DNA of 64,000 bases from a virus. Its lineage: Duplodnaviria; Caudoviricetes. Made by a program: the position numbers and the translations under genes. Shown in pieces: positions 45,395-55,558 of this stretch; position 1 is the stretch's first letter; the number at the start of each line of letters is the position of its first letter. The notes below the pieces were generated by a model. That model saw only the letters and a list, made by a program, of their open reading frames with translations. It was not told the origin of the DNA and ran no database searches. The stretch is from IMG/VR virus record IMGVR_UViG_2912829908_000001, positions 3,164-67,163 of that record; one strand, 5' to 3'.

Positions 45395-46498
45395 ATGTTA
45401 ACTAGTTACGATTTTAAAGATCAGGTACGCCAGCTTGACGCCGGGATTGACCTTATTATTCAGGATGAACCGACACTACTCGGTCTGATCGGCTTAAACG
45501 GAGAGGCGCTCTATCAGACTAAATTCGAGTGGATGTCTGATCGATTGAACTCAAACCTCGCGACTGTTAAAACGGTAGCGGAAGATGGAAAAATTACTGT
45601 GGCGGAGGATGACGGAGAGAAGTTTCGTAAAGATGCCATTGTTGTTTTTGGCGAAGAGTATCTGAAGGTTACGAATGTGTCCGGTGATGTGCTTACTGTT
45701 GTCCGTGGATTTGACGGAACAGTTCAAGAGGAAATCAAGGCAGGCTCTGAGCTGCGCATCGTTTCCCGTCCGCAAAATGAAGGCGCTGGTGTCGGTATCG
45801 ATGAAGGCCACGACCGTTATGTAGATTACAACTTCACGCAAATCATTGAAAGATACGCGGCCGTATCGAATACTCAACAAGCAGTCCGTACACATAATGT
45901 ATCGAGCGAGCTTGATTATCAAGTACAACTACGTCTTAAAGAGATGGCGCGTGAATTTAACGACTGGTTGATCTACGGCCGCAGAATTGACGGCAAGCCT
46001 CGTATGACTGGCGGCTTACTGAACTTTGCGAACTTGAAGGACGCTGCTAAAGCTAACCTGAAAGGAGCAGAGGTTCAAGCGAAAGATATTAATGCATTAA
46101 TGGAAAAAGTATATCAGCGCGGCGGTTCAGCAAATACAATCCTTACAAACACCGCGGGTGCTCGTCAAATTTCTAAAATGGCGACGGATACTATTCGAAC
46201 AGAGAGAACGGACGCAGCTACAGGCCACCGCGTAAGCACATTCGTTTCTGATATGGTTGGCGGCGGAGTCGCGACTGTAGTCGTAGATCCGAACTTCCCT
46301 AAAGACAAAATCGCACTTTTCGACCGTAGTATTCTTTCTCTGCACCCACTGAATGGCCGTTCTGTCTACGACGAGGATGCCACAGTTCCGGGAGCTGACT
46401 TTGTTGCGCGTCAGATCCGTGGCGAATACGGAATCAAGGTCAAAAACGCGAATGAAAAAATCGCCATTCTCGAAAACATCTCGACAACTGTATCTTAA
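45395..46498 (+). CDS. major capsid protein
   Basis: 367 aa, position; TQIIERYAAVSNTQ, GEYGIKVKN. Confidence 0.82.
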   Translation: MLTSYDFKDQVRQLDAGIDLIIQDEPTLLGLIGLNGEALYQTKFEWMSDRLNSNLATVKTVAEDGKITVAEDDGEKFRKDAIVVFGEEYLKVTNVSGDVLTVVRGFDGTVQEEIKAGSELRIVSRPQNEGAGVGIDEGHDRYVDYNFTQIIERYAAVSNTQQAVRTHNVSSELDYQVQLRLKEMAREFNDWLIYGRRIDGKPRMTGGLLNFANLKDAAKANLKGAEVQAKDINALMEKVYQRGGSANTILTNTAGARQISKMATDTIRTERTDAATGHRVSTFVSDMVGGGVATVVVDPNFPKDKIALFDRSILSLHPLNGRSVYDEDATVPGADFVARQIRGEYGIKVKNANEKIAILENISTTVS

Positions 46499-46549
46499 TG
46501 ACAATCGACGGGCTTCGGCCCGTCTTTTTAATTTGAAAGGAGGCCAACA

Positions 46550-46804
46550 ATGGCAATTACAGATGAGCAGAAACGAAGATTAAATGAATCTATGCCAGTC
46601 GCCAACGATCTAAAGCTCGGTGACATCATTCAGGAATTACAGGAAGGAGGAGGCACGGTTGGTCCAAAAGGCGATAAAGGGGATACCGGACCTCAAGGAC
46701 CGAAAGGCGATACCGGACCTAAAGGAGCGGACGGGTTCGGAACCAAAGCGCAGTACGACGACATCATCGCGCGGCTTAAAGCGTTAGAGGGAGCTGGCTC
46801 GTAA
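46550..46804 (+). CDS. short collagen-like head protein
   Basis: about nine Gly-X-Y triplets GPKGDKGDTGPQGPKGDT. Confidence 0.75.
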   Translation: MAITDEQKRRLNESMPVANDLKLGDIIQELQEGGGTVGPKGDKGDTGPQGPKGDTGPKGADGFGTKAQYDDIIARLKALEGAGS

Positions 46805-46806
46805 TA

Positions 46807-47025
46807 ATGGCCGTCTATAAGGCTTCTCCGTTTTATTCCGTAGGCACCGACCAGACGATTGTTTTCGACCACAAAGGCGTTTATGAAACCGATGTACCGG
46901 CTGAAATCAAGCAGTTGAATGCATTATGTCCGCGATGGATTCGCTGTGTTGCGTCAGACGATGAGACGGAAAAGGCGGAGGCAAAGGCGCCGAAAAAGCC
47001 TGCACGTAAGTCCTCCGGAAAATAA
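46807..47025 (+). CDS. small virion-associated protein
   Basis: position in the head operon. Confidence 0.65.
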   Translation: MAVYKASPFYSVGTDQTIVFDHKGVYETDVPAEIKQLNALCPRWIRCVASDDETEKAEAKAPKKPARKSSGK

Positions 47026-47039
47026 GGAGGGTTGCGTGT

Positions 47040-47426
47040 ATGGCTTTAAGCGTAGAAGCTGCAAACGAATATATCAACCGAATGACGATCGATAACGAGG
47101 ATTGGAACGACTATGACGCCGCAAAGCAGCAACGGATACTAAACGTAGCCGAGGACGTCTTGGCTCGAAAGTTTCGTAAGTACGTCATTCCTGACGACGC
47201 AGTTTACGAGTTTACGAATGTGCTTGCGACTGCTTATAACGATACGAACCGTCTGAATAAGCATGGCATCGCGTCTTTCTCACTCACCGGCGTCGGGTCG
47301 TTTACGTATAAGGAAACGCTTCGAGCTGACGATGAGTCTCTCATACCCAAAAAGACAATCGACCTGATCGAAGAAGAGAACGACGTAAAACTTAGCGGCC
47401 GGACCGTAAAAGCGACGGTGATGTAA
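47040..47426 (+). CDS. head-tail adaptor
   Basis: position, size. Confidence 0.65.
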   Translation: MALSVEAANEYINRMTIDNEDWNDYDAAKQQRILNVAEDVLARKFRKYVIPDDAVYEFTNVLATAYNDTNRLNKHGIASFSLTGVGSFTYKETLRADDESLIPKKTIDLIEEENDVKLSGRTVKATVM

Positions 47427-47762
47427 TTGGCGATCATACCGATGCGTCAGACCGTGACCGTTACTCGTGCTTCAGATGATATAGACGTGTGGGGAAACCC
47501 GGTGGACGTCGATCTGTTCGAAATTAAGTGCCGAATCGACGAAGGATCTACTATTGCGAATTCACGTTCTTCCGGCGTTGTGAAGAGCGAGGAAGTCGTA
47601 GCCACGGCGCGCATCTTGGTCGATAAATTAGCCGACATCAGGTATACGGATACACTCGCGTTCACGAACGAGCTGGGCGAAACTATTGAGCGTAAGCCGA
47701 AGGAAATAAATGTGAAACGGCATGTCAGCGGTAAGCCGATTCTGACCGAGGTAATCGTATGA
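47427..47762 (+). CDS. head closure protein
   Basis: position, beta-rich. Confidence 0.65.
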   Translation: MAIIPMRQTVTVTRASDDIDVWGNPVDVDLFEIKCRIDEGSTIANSRSSGVVKSEEVVATARILVDKLADIRYTDTLAFTNELGETIERKPKEINVKRHVSGKPILTEVIV

Positions 47763-48166
47763 GTTTTACGTTGGATGCTGGCGATTTTCTATCGTTGTTG
47801 GATAGCCGAGAGGCAGCCGTTGAGCAGGCAGCAAAGACAGCGATGCATGATAACACGGATGACCTCGCTAGACTTGCGCAAAATATCGCCCCGATCGATA
47901 AAGCTACGCTCCGTCGCGGCATGAAAAAGAAGGTTACGTTAAAGCGCGATAGTCTGATCGGTGAAGTATCGTTCCGGGCCGTTGATAAAGGCTTTAACTA
48001 TGCGCTATGGACCCACGAAGCGGAATACAAACTCGGACCGAATTCGGCAAGTGCCGGCGGCATTAGCGGCTATCCGGTCGGTAATAAATATCTGGAACGT
48101 CCGCTGAAAGGTGGATCACAGAAATATATTAATCACGTAGCAGACGCGGTGAGAAGGGAGTTGTGA
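47759..48166 (+). CDS. HK97 gp10-like neck protein
   Basis: APIDKATLRR, YA...HE, GNKYLERP. Confidence 0.75.
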   Translation: MSFTLDAGDFLSLLDSREAAVEQAAKTAMHDNTDDLARLAQNIAPIDKATLRRGMKKKVTLKRDSLIGEVSFRAVDKGFNYALWTHEAEYKLGPNSASAGGISGYPVGNKYLERPLKGGSQKYINHVADAVRREL

Positions 48167-48172
48167 TAATCG

Positions 48173-48562
48173 TTGAAGATAACCGAATTAATCTCGTTTA
48201 TACAGTCGCGGGTTGACGGCGTTTATTACGCAAACGGATTCCCGCGAAATGCGGCAGATGAATGTACTTATGTGCGATTTACAGGCGGCTTTCCTCCGTC
48301 TCAATGGACCGGAAAGAGTCAGCCGTCGTTTCAAATAATCGTACGAGGAAAGGCGAGGGGCGATGCAGGCTGCGAAGAGAAAGCGTATCAGCTTCAGGAA
48401 GCGTTAACGAATCTCCGTGAAGTGTTTATCGGTAATAGCTCAATCGTTGTTATCCGCGCGGCCAATTCGGTGCCGTTATTTATCGGATACGACGACAATG
48501 ATCGTCCCCAATACTCGTTAAATTTCGATTGTGTAGTGCGCCCCGGCCGGGCGCTTTTTTAA
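48173..48562 (+). CDS. tail terminator
   Basis: PSFQIIVRG, DDNDRPQYSLNF. Confidence 0.7.
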   Translation: MKITELISFIQSRVDGVYYANGFPRNAADECTYVRFTGGFPPSQWTGKSQPSFQIIVRGKARGDAGCEEKAYQLQEALTNLREVFIGNSSIVVIRAANSVPLFIGYDDNDRPQYSLNFDCVVRPGRALF

Positions 48563-48586
48563 TGCAAAAATAAAGGAGGAAAACGG

Positions 48587-49141
48587 ATGGCTGGAATTAA
48601 AACGATTCAAGTTCCTATCGGCCCCGCAATCGTCGAATACGGCGAGGGTAAGGATATGGTGACGTTTGACATCACGAAGGGCGGCATCGTTTTTAAGGCG
48701 CAAATGTCTAAGCAGGATACAACGGTCGACCAATACGGTGACTCGATCGTAGGCTCACGGACAAAGGGTGGAACTTGCGAATGTACCGTACCGTTTGCGA
48801 TCTATGATTTAGAAAAGATTCATAAGGCGGTGCCGAACAGTAAGTACGTGTCTGACGGAGACAAAAAGAAGCTGGTAGTCAGCGGTAAAGCCGGATATGA
48901 CTTGCTGAAGGACGCGAAGCCTTTACGAATTAAGCCGACAGATCCGGAAGCGACGGCCAATGACTGGCTCACGATCCCGTTAGCTGGTGCGTCGACTGAC
49001 ATCGAATATACGTATGATTCCGATAATGAGAGGATCGCTAACCTAACGTTTACCGGTTATCCGGACACGATGGGGGAAGGCGATCTTTTTATTATGGGCG
49101 ACGAAACGGCCGGGACCTCTTCCGGCACCGGCAGCGAATAA
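48587..49141 (+). CDS. major tail (tube) protein
   Basis: position, 184 aa. Confidence 0.75.
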   Translation: MAGIKTIQVPIGPAIVEYGEGKDMVTFDITKGGIVFKAQMSKQDTTVDQYGDSIVGSRTKGGTCECTVPFAIYDLEKIHKAVPNSKYVSDGDKKKLVVSGKAGYDLLKDAKPLRIKPTDPEATANDWLTIPLAGASTDIEYTYDSDNERIANLTFTGYPDTMGEGDLFIMGDETAGTSSGTGSE

Positions 49142-49198
49142 CAAACGAAAGGCATCGTCGAGAGGCGGTGTCTTTTTAATTAACGAAAGGGGACTCGC

Positions 49199-49570
49199 AT
49201 GAACATTTTCAAAAAGAAACAGGAGACTGATTCGATCCAGCTCGGAAAGTATCCGGTCGAGGTTGCGAAACTTACTCCTGCCAAGTGGAAACAGCTTTTC
49301 GCGACACTCGATAAAATTCCATTTCTCATTCTGGAAGTCTTTAGCGCGCCTAAAACGGATTTCTACTCGTATTTAGTAAGCGCGGTTGAGGTCGGCATGG
49401 ATGAGATCGTCGAGATTACAGCATTATTGAGCGGCGTAGATGCCGAGTACATTCGAGAAGAAGTCGGTACGGATGAAATCATCGAGTACATCACGTTGAC
49501 TGTCAAAAGGAACCGTCTCGATTCGCAAGCAAAAAACGTGAAGAGCCTTCTTCCGAAACTCGAAAAGTAG
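49199..49570 (+). CDS. tail assembly chaperone G
   Basis: precedes TMP; contains slippery A-AAA-AAC at 49531-49537. Confidence 0.8.
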   Translation: MNIFKKKQETDSIQLGKYPVEVAKLTPAKWKQLFATLDKIPFLILEVFSAPKTDFYSYLVSAVEVGMDEIVEITALLSGVDAEYIREEVGTDEIIEYITLTVKRNRLDSQAKNVKSLLPKLEK

Positions 49571-49902
49571 ACGAAGAGGGCGACCCATATACGATTGACG
49601 ATTATCTAATCGAGGCGGCTATCAGTTTAGGCGTCACGCAGCGTCAGATAGAAAACGAGTTTTATATGGTAGACATACCGAAATTTGTACGCGCCAAGAC
49701 GAAACAAGGCGCGGTAAGGCGTATAGAGGACATTCGCGTACTTCTCGCGACGAATAGTCGGGCAAGTGAGGACGACGAGTATAAACAGCTCATGAATACG
49801 TTGATTCGGGCGGCAGGACTTCGACCTGAAGTGAAATTCGACCGTGAGAAATTCGAACAACTACGGGCTTTACAGGGGAATTTTCGGAAAGGAGGTAAAT
49901 AG
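49531..49902 (+). CDS. -1 frameshift extension of the chaperone (G-T)
   Basis: the -1 frame is open from before the slippery site to 49902. Confidence 0.7.
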   Translation, partial: KKREEPSSETRKVDEEGDPYTIDDYLIEAAISLGVTQRQIENEFYMVDIPKFVRAKTKQGAVRRIEDIRVLLATNSRASEDDEYKQLMNTLIRAAGLRPEVKFDREKFEQLRALQGNFRKGGK

Positions 49903-52701
49903 ATGGCCGGAACAACAGTCGGAGAAATCCGGGCGCGTCTCGTATTAGACATGGCGGACTGGTCCCGACGATCTCAGCAAGCTCGAAACGATATGGATCA
50001 AATAGGCCGTTCATCAGCGAATCTGTCGAAGCAAATGGGCCTCATCCAAAAGGCTTCGCTTGCGGTCGGAGGTGCAGTCGTGGCCGGCATCGGTGTTTCC
50101 GTCAAGAAAGCGGCTGACTTCGAGGAGGCCATGTCGCGAGTTAAAGCGATCAGCGGTGCGACCGGTCAGGACTTCGAAGATCTGAAGAATATCGCGGCTA
50201 AGATGGGCGCCGAAACAAAATATACCGCAGTCGAGGCGGCCGAGGGTCTTCAATACCTTGCGATGGCGGGCTTCAGCGTAAAAGCGCAAGTCGGATCGTT
50301 GCCGGCCGTGCTTAACTTGGCTGCGGCTTCAGGCGAAGGGCTCGGACGTTCAGCGGATATCGTTTCGAACATCATGACCGGCTTCGGCATTAAAGCGGAA
50401 GACTCCGGGCATGCCGTTGACGTACTCGTAAAAGCGATGACGACGGCCAATACGGATCTGCCGCAATTAGGCGATGCAATGAAGTTCGTCGCCCCTGTCG
50501 CGCACTCTCTCGGATATTCAATCGAAGACACTGCGACGGCCGTTGCGAAAATGTCAGACGCCGGTATTCAGGGATCGATGGCGGGTACGGCGCTTCGTGC
50601 GTCACTCTTGCACCTTACGAATCCGGTAGGCCAGTCGGCCAAGGCGATGAAAAAGTACGGCATCGAAGTTAAGGACGCGCACGGAAACCTAAAGCCGATA
50701 CCGGAACTCGTCGGCCATATTTCGAAGCAGTTCGAAGGGATGACGTCAGCGCAGAAAACGGCAGCGGCGGCACAGCTCGTCGGAGTTGAAGCGGCTTCCG
50801 GATTCGTTACGCTTTTGGGCGTCGGAGAAAAGGGATTGCGCAATTATTCGAAGACGCTGAAGGAAGCCGGCGGGACTGCGGACAAAGTAGCGAAAACGCA
50901 GATGGATAACCTCAAAGGGTCGTTCGAACAGTTTACGTCTGCGCTCGACGGCCTCGGAATCGCGATCGGTAACGAGTTTTTACCTACTTTCCGAAAAATT
51001 GTCGAAACTGGTACGAAGGTAGTCGAGTTCCTTAGCGAACTGAATCCGGGGATCATCACGACGGGCCTCGAAATGGCGGGCGCGGCAGCAGCGGTGGCGC
51101 TGGTTGCGTCGTCCATGATGAAACTCGGAATTGCAGTACGCGGTTTGTTCGTTGCGATGGGTCCGGCCGGATGGGTAATCACCGGGCTCTCTTTGTTAGC
51201 GGGAGCACTTGTCGGAGTAAAAGCGGGATACGATCAGATGAACACTGTTAGTTTAGAGGCGGCCGAGTCGAAGCAGAAGGAAATAGACTCTATCAACAGC
51301 TTAACGAAAGAGTTCGATAAACTTCAAAATAAAACGAAGCTGACTGCCGATGAATTCGTTTACTATCTCGATTTGAATGATCGAATTAAAACGGAGACGG
51401 ATGCCAATTCTATCAAACGAATGAAGGAAGAACAGGAAGAGCTGCGTAAGAAATCCGGACTGACAAACGAGGAATTTAATCGCTACTTAGATTTAAACGA
51501 TAAGGTTATCGCAAAAGCTCCGGACACTGCGGCCGCTATCAGCGAGCAAGGCAATGCCGCAGCAAAGAACACGGACGCATTAAAGCGTCTTAATAAAGAA
51601 AAAGCCGAGGAACTCCGGCTGGAACTGGAAACCCAAAGGGCTAAAGCTGAGGCCAATATGTCTAAATATATAGCCGAAGAAGCGCGATTAAAAGAAAAAG
51701 TTAATGCGTTGACGAGAGAGCGATCCGATTTAGAGCAACAAGTATCGGATCAACTGCAAGTTGTGGCGGATAAAGAGAGCGAATTGGCGGCAGCTAAAGA
51801 GGCTAAAGATACAGCACGGGTGGCAATGGCTGAAAACGACCTCAACTTAGAGCAAACAAAGTTACAGAGATTACGCGAACAGTTTTCTACAAATATGGAA
51901 AACTTGAGCTCTAAGAATCAAGAGCTCCAAAAGACTCGCGAGAATATCAATCAGTTAGATGTCGTTAATCAGAAGATGATCGACCTTGAGCTCCGTCAAG
52001 TTGGATTAAACGCCAAAAAGGGCGAAGGCGTGAGAGTGATCGATAAGGAGATTGGGCGCTTACAAGATGCGAAGGCGAATCTGAAAAACAACACGACAGC
52101 AGCCGATCGTAAAACGGATGAATATCGAAAGTCTGTTAAAGCAATTGACGATGAGATCGCAAACCTTCGTACCGCAAGAGGACGAGTCGAGGAGATTACG
52201 TCAGAAGCCAATAGAATGAACGCTGCTCTAAGTAAGGACATCTCGAAGCGAATAACAACAATCACATCGGATGTCACCATGAAGACAGAGCGAGCTGTAA
52301 GTCGGGGAAGAGGGAATGAGGGCGCCTACCACACTGGCGGCGTTATCGGCCTCGGACAGATCAATAAACTTCACATCGGTGGCCTAGCGTCTCAATTCGC
52401 TAATCCGATGAGCCACGAAGTAGATATCCGGGCCTTGCGTAACGAAATGGTGCTTACTGAAGCGCAACAGGCGAATCTTATGCGAATGATAGACGCAGGC
52501 CACACGACGGGCCTCGGAGGAGATTCCGGCTTATCGTCGGATATGCTTCGAGCGCTTAGTTCGATTGAGCAGGCGATTAAGACGAAAGGTGGCGCTTCCA
52601 TAATCGTAGATGGATACGAACTTGGCCACGTAATTGAACCGCATATCAGCGCGATCCAACAAGACGGCCTCGATATAGAAAGTCTAAAGAGCGGGAGGTG
52701 A
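49903..52701 (+). CDS. tape measure protein (TP901-family core)
   Basis: 932 aa, Ala/Gly-rich helical, AAEGLQYLAMAG. Confidence 0.92.
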   Translation: MAGTTVGEIRARLVLDMADWSRRSQQARNDMDQIGRSSANLSKQMGLIQKASLAVGGAVVAGIGVSVKKAADFEEAMSRVKAISGATGQDFEDLKNIAAKMGAETKYTAVEAAEGLQYLAMAGFSVKAQVGSLPAVLNLAAASGEGLGRSADIVSNIMTGFGIKAEDSGHAVDVLVKAMTTANTDLPQLGDAMKFVAPVAHSLGYSIEDTATAVAKMSDAGIQGSMAGTALRASLLHLTNPVGQSAKAMKKYGIEVKDAHGNLKPIPELVGHISKQFEGMTSAQKTAAAAQLVGVEAASGFVTLLGVGEKGLRNYSKTLKEAGGTADKVAKTQMDNLKGSFEQFTSALDGLGIAIGNEFLPTFRKIVETGTKVVEFLSELNPGIITTGLEMAGAAAAVALVASSMMKLGIAVRGLFVAMGPAGWVITGLSLLAGALVGVKAGYDQMNTVSLEAAESKQKEIDSINSLTKEFDKLQNKTKLTADEFVYYLDLNDRIKTETDANSIKRMKEEQEELRKKSGLTNEEFNRYLDLNDKVIAKAPDTAAAISEQGNAAAKNTDALKRLNKEKAEELRLELETQRAKAEANMSKYIAEEARLKEKVNALTRERSDLEQQVSDQLQVVADKESELAAAKEAKDTARVAMAENDLNLEQTKLQRLREQFSTNMENLSSKNQELQKTRENINQLDVVNQKMIDLELRQVGLNAKKGEGVRVIDKEIGRLQDAKANLKNNTTAADRKTDEYRKSVKAIDDEIANLRTARGRVEEITSEANRMNAALSKDISKRITTITSDVTMKTERAVSRGRGNEGAYHTGGVIGLGQINKLHIGGLASQFANPMSHEVDIRALRNEMVLTEAQQANLMRMIDAGHTTGLGGDSGLSSDMLRALSSIEQAIKTKGGASIIVDGYELGHVIEPHISAIQQDGLDIESLKSGR

Positions 52702-52707
52702 TTTCGA

Positions 52708-54132
52708 ATGGGAAATACGGACTTCATAAAGAAAATCGCCCCGGATGCGCAGAAGATATTCGTAAATTATAAAATTCTCGCCAGCCTAGTAATCGCGCAG
52801 GGATGTCTCGAAAGTGCATACGGAACCAGTGGTCTTGCCGTTAATGGAAAGAACCTTTTCGGAGTGAAGGGCGAATATAACGGAAAATACGTCATCATGA
52901 AAACTTGGGAAGTAGTCAACGGAAGGAACGTTCAAGTGGACGCCAAGTTCCGGAAGTACCCGACGTGGTATGAGTCGATGCAAGACCTTGCGAAGCTTTA
53001 CGTAAATGGCGTTAGTTGGGACCCGAATCATTATAAGGCGGTCGTAGGAGAGAAAAACTACAAGAAAGCGACTGCTGCGCTAGTAGACGCCGGTTATGCG
53101 ACGGACCCGTCTTACGCGTCAAAACTTAACAGGATCATTGAGACGTATAGTCTAACGAAGTACGACACCGCCCCCTCACCGTCGAATCCATCTACTCCTT
53201 CTACGCCGGAGACAAACAACCCGGCTCCGGTTGTCGTTGAAGAGCCGGAGGTATCTATCGACGTTTTTTCAAGCGTCTATACAACGCCTCCATCCGGTGT
53301 ACCTATTACGGATAGCAACTTCCGGATACTTTACAAGGACGGACGCATAATCGATATGGCTCGCGATTTATCAGTTCTCGTGCGAAGTTTCAAAATTGCT
53401 TCGCCCACTCCCGACATTGATTACGAAACGATTCCGGGGAGGGACGGCTTAGTTCGAATAGGAAAAAACTTCGGAGCCCGAACGCTGACTGCCGAATGTC
53501 TCTTGCTCGGAGCGGATGACGTTGATTTTCATTTATTACAAGCGGAACTCTTTCACGCGCTTCATCGCGAGGAGGAGTTCTTTTTAGTTTCGGAAGCGAC
53601 GCCGAAAAAGCGATGGCGAGTCGAGTTAAGCGCATCATTCACGCCTGACAGAATCGGTAGTTTTGGCGACTTTACGCTGACTTTCCAAAGCGCCTCGACT
53701 TATTGCGAATCAGTCGGCACCACACTGGATGCGTTTACGTTTGATGCGAACAAATGGCAGATAGGCGAAGGACTGACGGACGATATCCCTTCGTACAAAC
53801 ACAAGACGAAGACTTTTCGTATTTTCAACGCGGGAGCCGTCCGGCTAGATCCGAGATACATGCCTTTAAAAATCACGTATAAAGGCGAGTCAAATAAATT
53901 GTCGATCAAAAATAGAACGACGGGCGATCTATGGACGTTTTCGGGCAAATCTACCGCGAAGGAAGCGATTCAAATTTCCGGGGTTACCGCGAAAAAGGGG
54001 AACGTTAGCATTTTCGGGCAGACAAATTTCGGACTCATTACGCTTGAGCCCGGATGGAATGATTTTGAGTTAAGCGGAACGAGCGGGGATTTTGAGATCA
54101 CCTTTGATTTCAGATTCCACTATTACGCGTAG
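52708..54132 (+). CDS. distal tail protein (Dit) with N-terminal GH73 glucosaminidase domain
   Basis: IAQGCLES.YG, NLFGVKG, GYATDPSY; P/T linker; C-terminal Dit ending GWNDFEL...F.FHYY. Confidence 0.8.
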   Translation: MGNTDFIKKIAPDAQKIFVNYKILASLVIAQGCLESAYGTSGLAVNGKNLFGVKGEYNGKYVIMKTWEVVNGRNVQVDAKFRKYPTWYESMQDLAKLYVNGVSWDPNHYKAVVGEKNYKKATAALVDAGYATDPSYASKLNRIIETYSLTKYDTAPSPSNPSTPSTPETNNPAPVVVEEPEVSIDVFSSVYTTPPSGVPITDSNFRILYKDGRIIDMARDLSVLVRSFKIASPTPDIDYETIPGRDGLVRIGKNFGARTLTAECLLLGADDVDFHLLQAELFHALHREEEFFLVSEATPKKRWRVELSASFTPDRIGSFGDFTLTFQSASTYCESVGTTLDAFTFDANKWQIGEGLTDDIPSYKHKTKTFRIFNAGAVRLDPRYMPLKITYKGESNKLSIKNRTTGDLWTFSGKSTAKEAIQISGVTAKKGNVSIFGQTNFGLITLEPGWNDFELSGTSGDFEITFDFRFHYYA

Positions 54133-54143
54133 GGAGGTGCGCC

Positions 54144-55544
54144 ATGCCTAGTTTGATTGTAAAAAACCTCGCTAATCAGGTCGAAGCCTTAACGGACTTT
54201 AACGTGACAAAGAAAGATGAAATCGATAACGGCAGATCTTTAGATGTATCAGTTATACAGACCGATCGGAACGCGCACTCCTTTCCGCTGATTCAGAATG
54301 AAGGCTCTCTTTTTTATGAAGACGAGGAATTTGTCATCCGAAAGACGCGCTATGTACCGATCGGAGGCAAGAGACTAAAGGTCGACATTACGGCCCTGCA
54401 CCGATCATTTTCAGACCTCGGAGAGAATTACGTGTACGAGACTTCAGGGAAAAAGAAAAAACTTTACCTCGAAGATATGCTGGATATCGCATTAAAAGGC
54501 TCCGGGTATTCTTACGAAGTTGTACCGGATGGTCTTGGTGATTCATTTGAAGTAGAAGATTTCGGGAATGGATACTCGCTCGGACTGTTAAACGATATAA
54601 AAGAAAAATACTCGGCGGAATATGAATGTATTGGAAAGAAAGTGTACTTCGCGAAGGAGATAGCGAGAGATACAGACTATGTTATTCGCGATCGAGTAAA
54701 TGTAAAAGATCCGACACAGGAAATCGACACCTCTTCTATAAAAACGTTTATCAAGGGCTTCGGAAAGAAAGACGACAAGACAGGGAAATATGCGGTCGAA
54801 GCTGAATACAAAAGCCCTTTGGCTGCAATCTACGGAATTAAACACGCAAATCCAATATTCGACGACTCTTACACGGCAAAGGACGAGGGTAAGCTTGAAC
54901 AGCGGCTAGAAAAAGAACTGACCGATAAGATTGAGATATCTATCAGTTTGACATATGTGGAAGTCGAAGCTTTGAAAATGCAGGACATCCGAAAAGGTGA
55001 TTACGTGTGGTGCGTATTAGAGCCGTTTGACTTACGCACCAAGCTACGCGTTGTCAGTGTCGAATCTTATTCCAATCCGAATAAACCGTCTGTTTTTACT
55101 TTCGGAAAATTGCGGCCGAATATCAGTAAAACTGTCGCAAAACTAGGTCGTACGCAGAGCACGCTCTCCAAGCTTATCGATACGTCAACTGGGAAAGTGA
55201 AAGGCAGCGCTATAAGCGGAAACATAACCATCGGAAAAGACGCGATTTACGAAGACGGTTACGACCCGACAAAGCTGACGATTCCTACGTACGGCCGGGC
55301 AAACGCAACAACGGACGGTCTTATGAGCTCGCCGGATTATGTGAAGCTGGCGAGTATCGTATTGGGGCCCGACGGCCAAGTTTCTGTCTCGCTAGCTACC
55401 GAAACAACGGATGGCTTAATGAGCGCAACTGACTTCGCAAAGCTGAAGCGTATCAAGGTCGGTACGGCTACGGTGGATATATCAACACTTTCGCAACAGC
55501 TCGAATCTATAAACAAGCGCCTGACCGCGCTGGAGACTAAATAA
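54144..55544 (+). CDS. tail hub/Tal (prophage tail endopeptidase family)
   Basis: position after Dit; C-terminal TDGLMS..D..KL repeats. Confidence 0.75.
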   Translation: MPSLIVKNLANQVEALTDFNVTKKDEIDNGRSLDVSVIQTDRNAHSFPLIQNEGSLFYEDEEFVIRKTRYVPIGGKRLKVDITALHRSFSDLGENYVYETSGKKKKLYLEDMLDIALKGSGYSYEVVPDGLGDSFEVEDFGNGYSLGLLNDIKEKYSAEYECIGKKVYFAKEIARDTDYVIRDRVNVKDPTQEIDTSSIKTFIKGFGKKDDKTGKYAVEAEYKSPLAAIYGIKHANPIFDDSYTAKDEGKLEQRLEKELTDKIEISISLTYVEVEALKMQDIRKGDYVWCVLEPFDLRTKLRVVSVESYSNPNKPSVFTFGKLRPNISKTVAKLGRTQSTLSKLIDTSTGKVKGSAISGNITIGKDAIYEDGYDPTKLTIPTYGRANATTDGLMSSPDYVKLASIVLGPDGQVSVSLATETTDGLMSATDFAKLKRIKVGTATVDISTLSQQLESINKRLTALETK

Positions 55545-55558
55545 CGAGGAGGAATACA

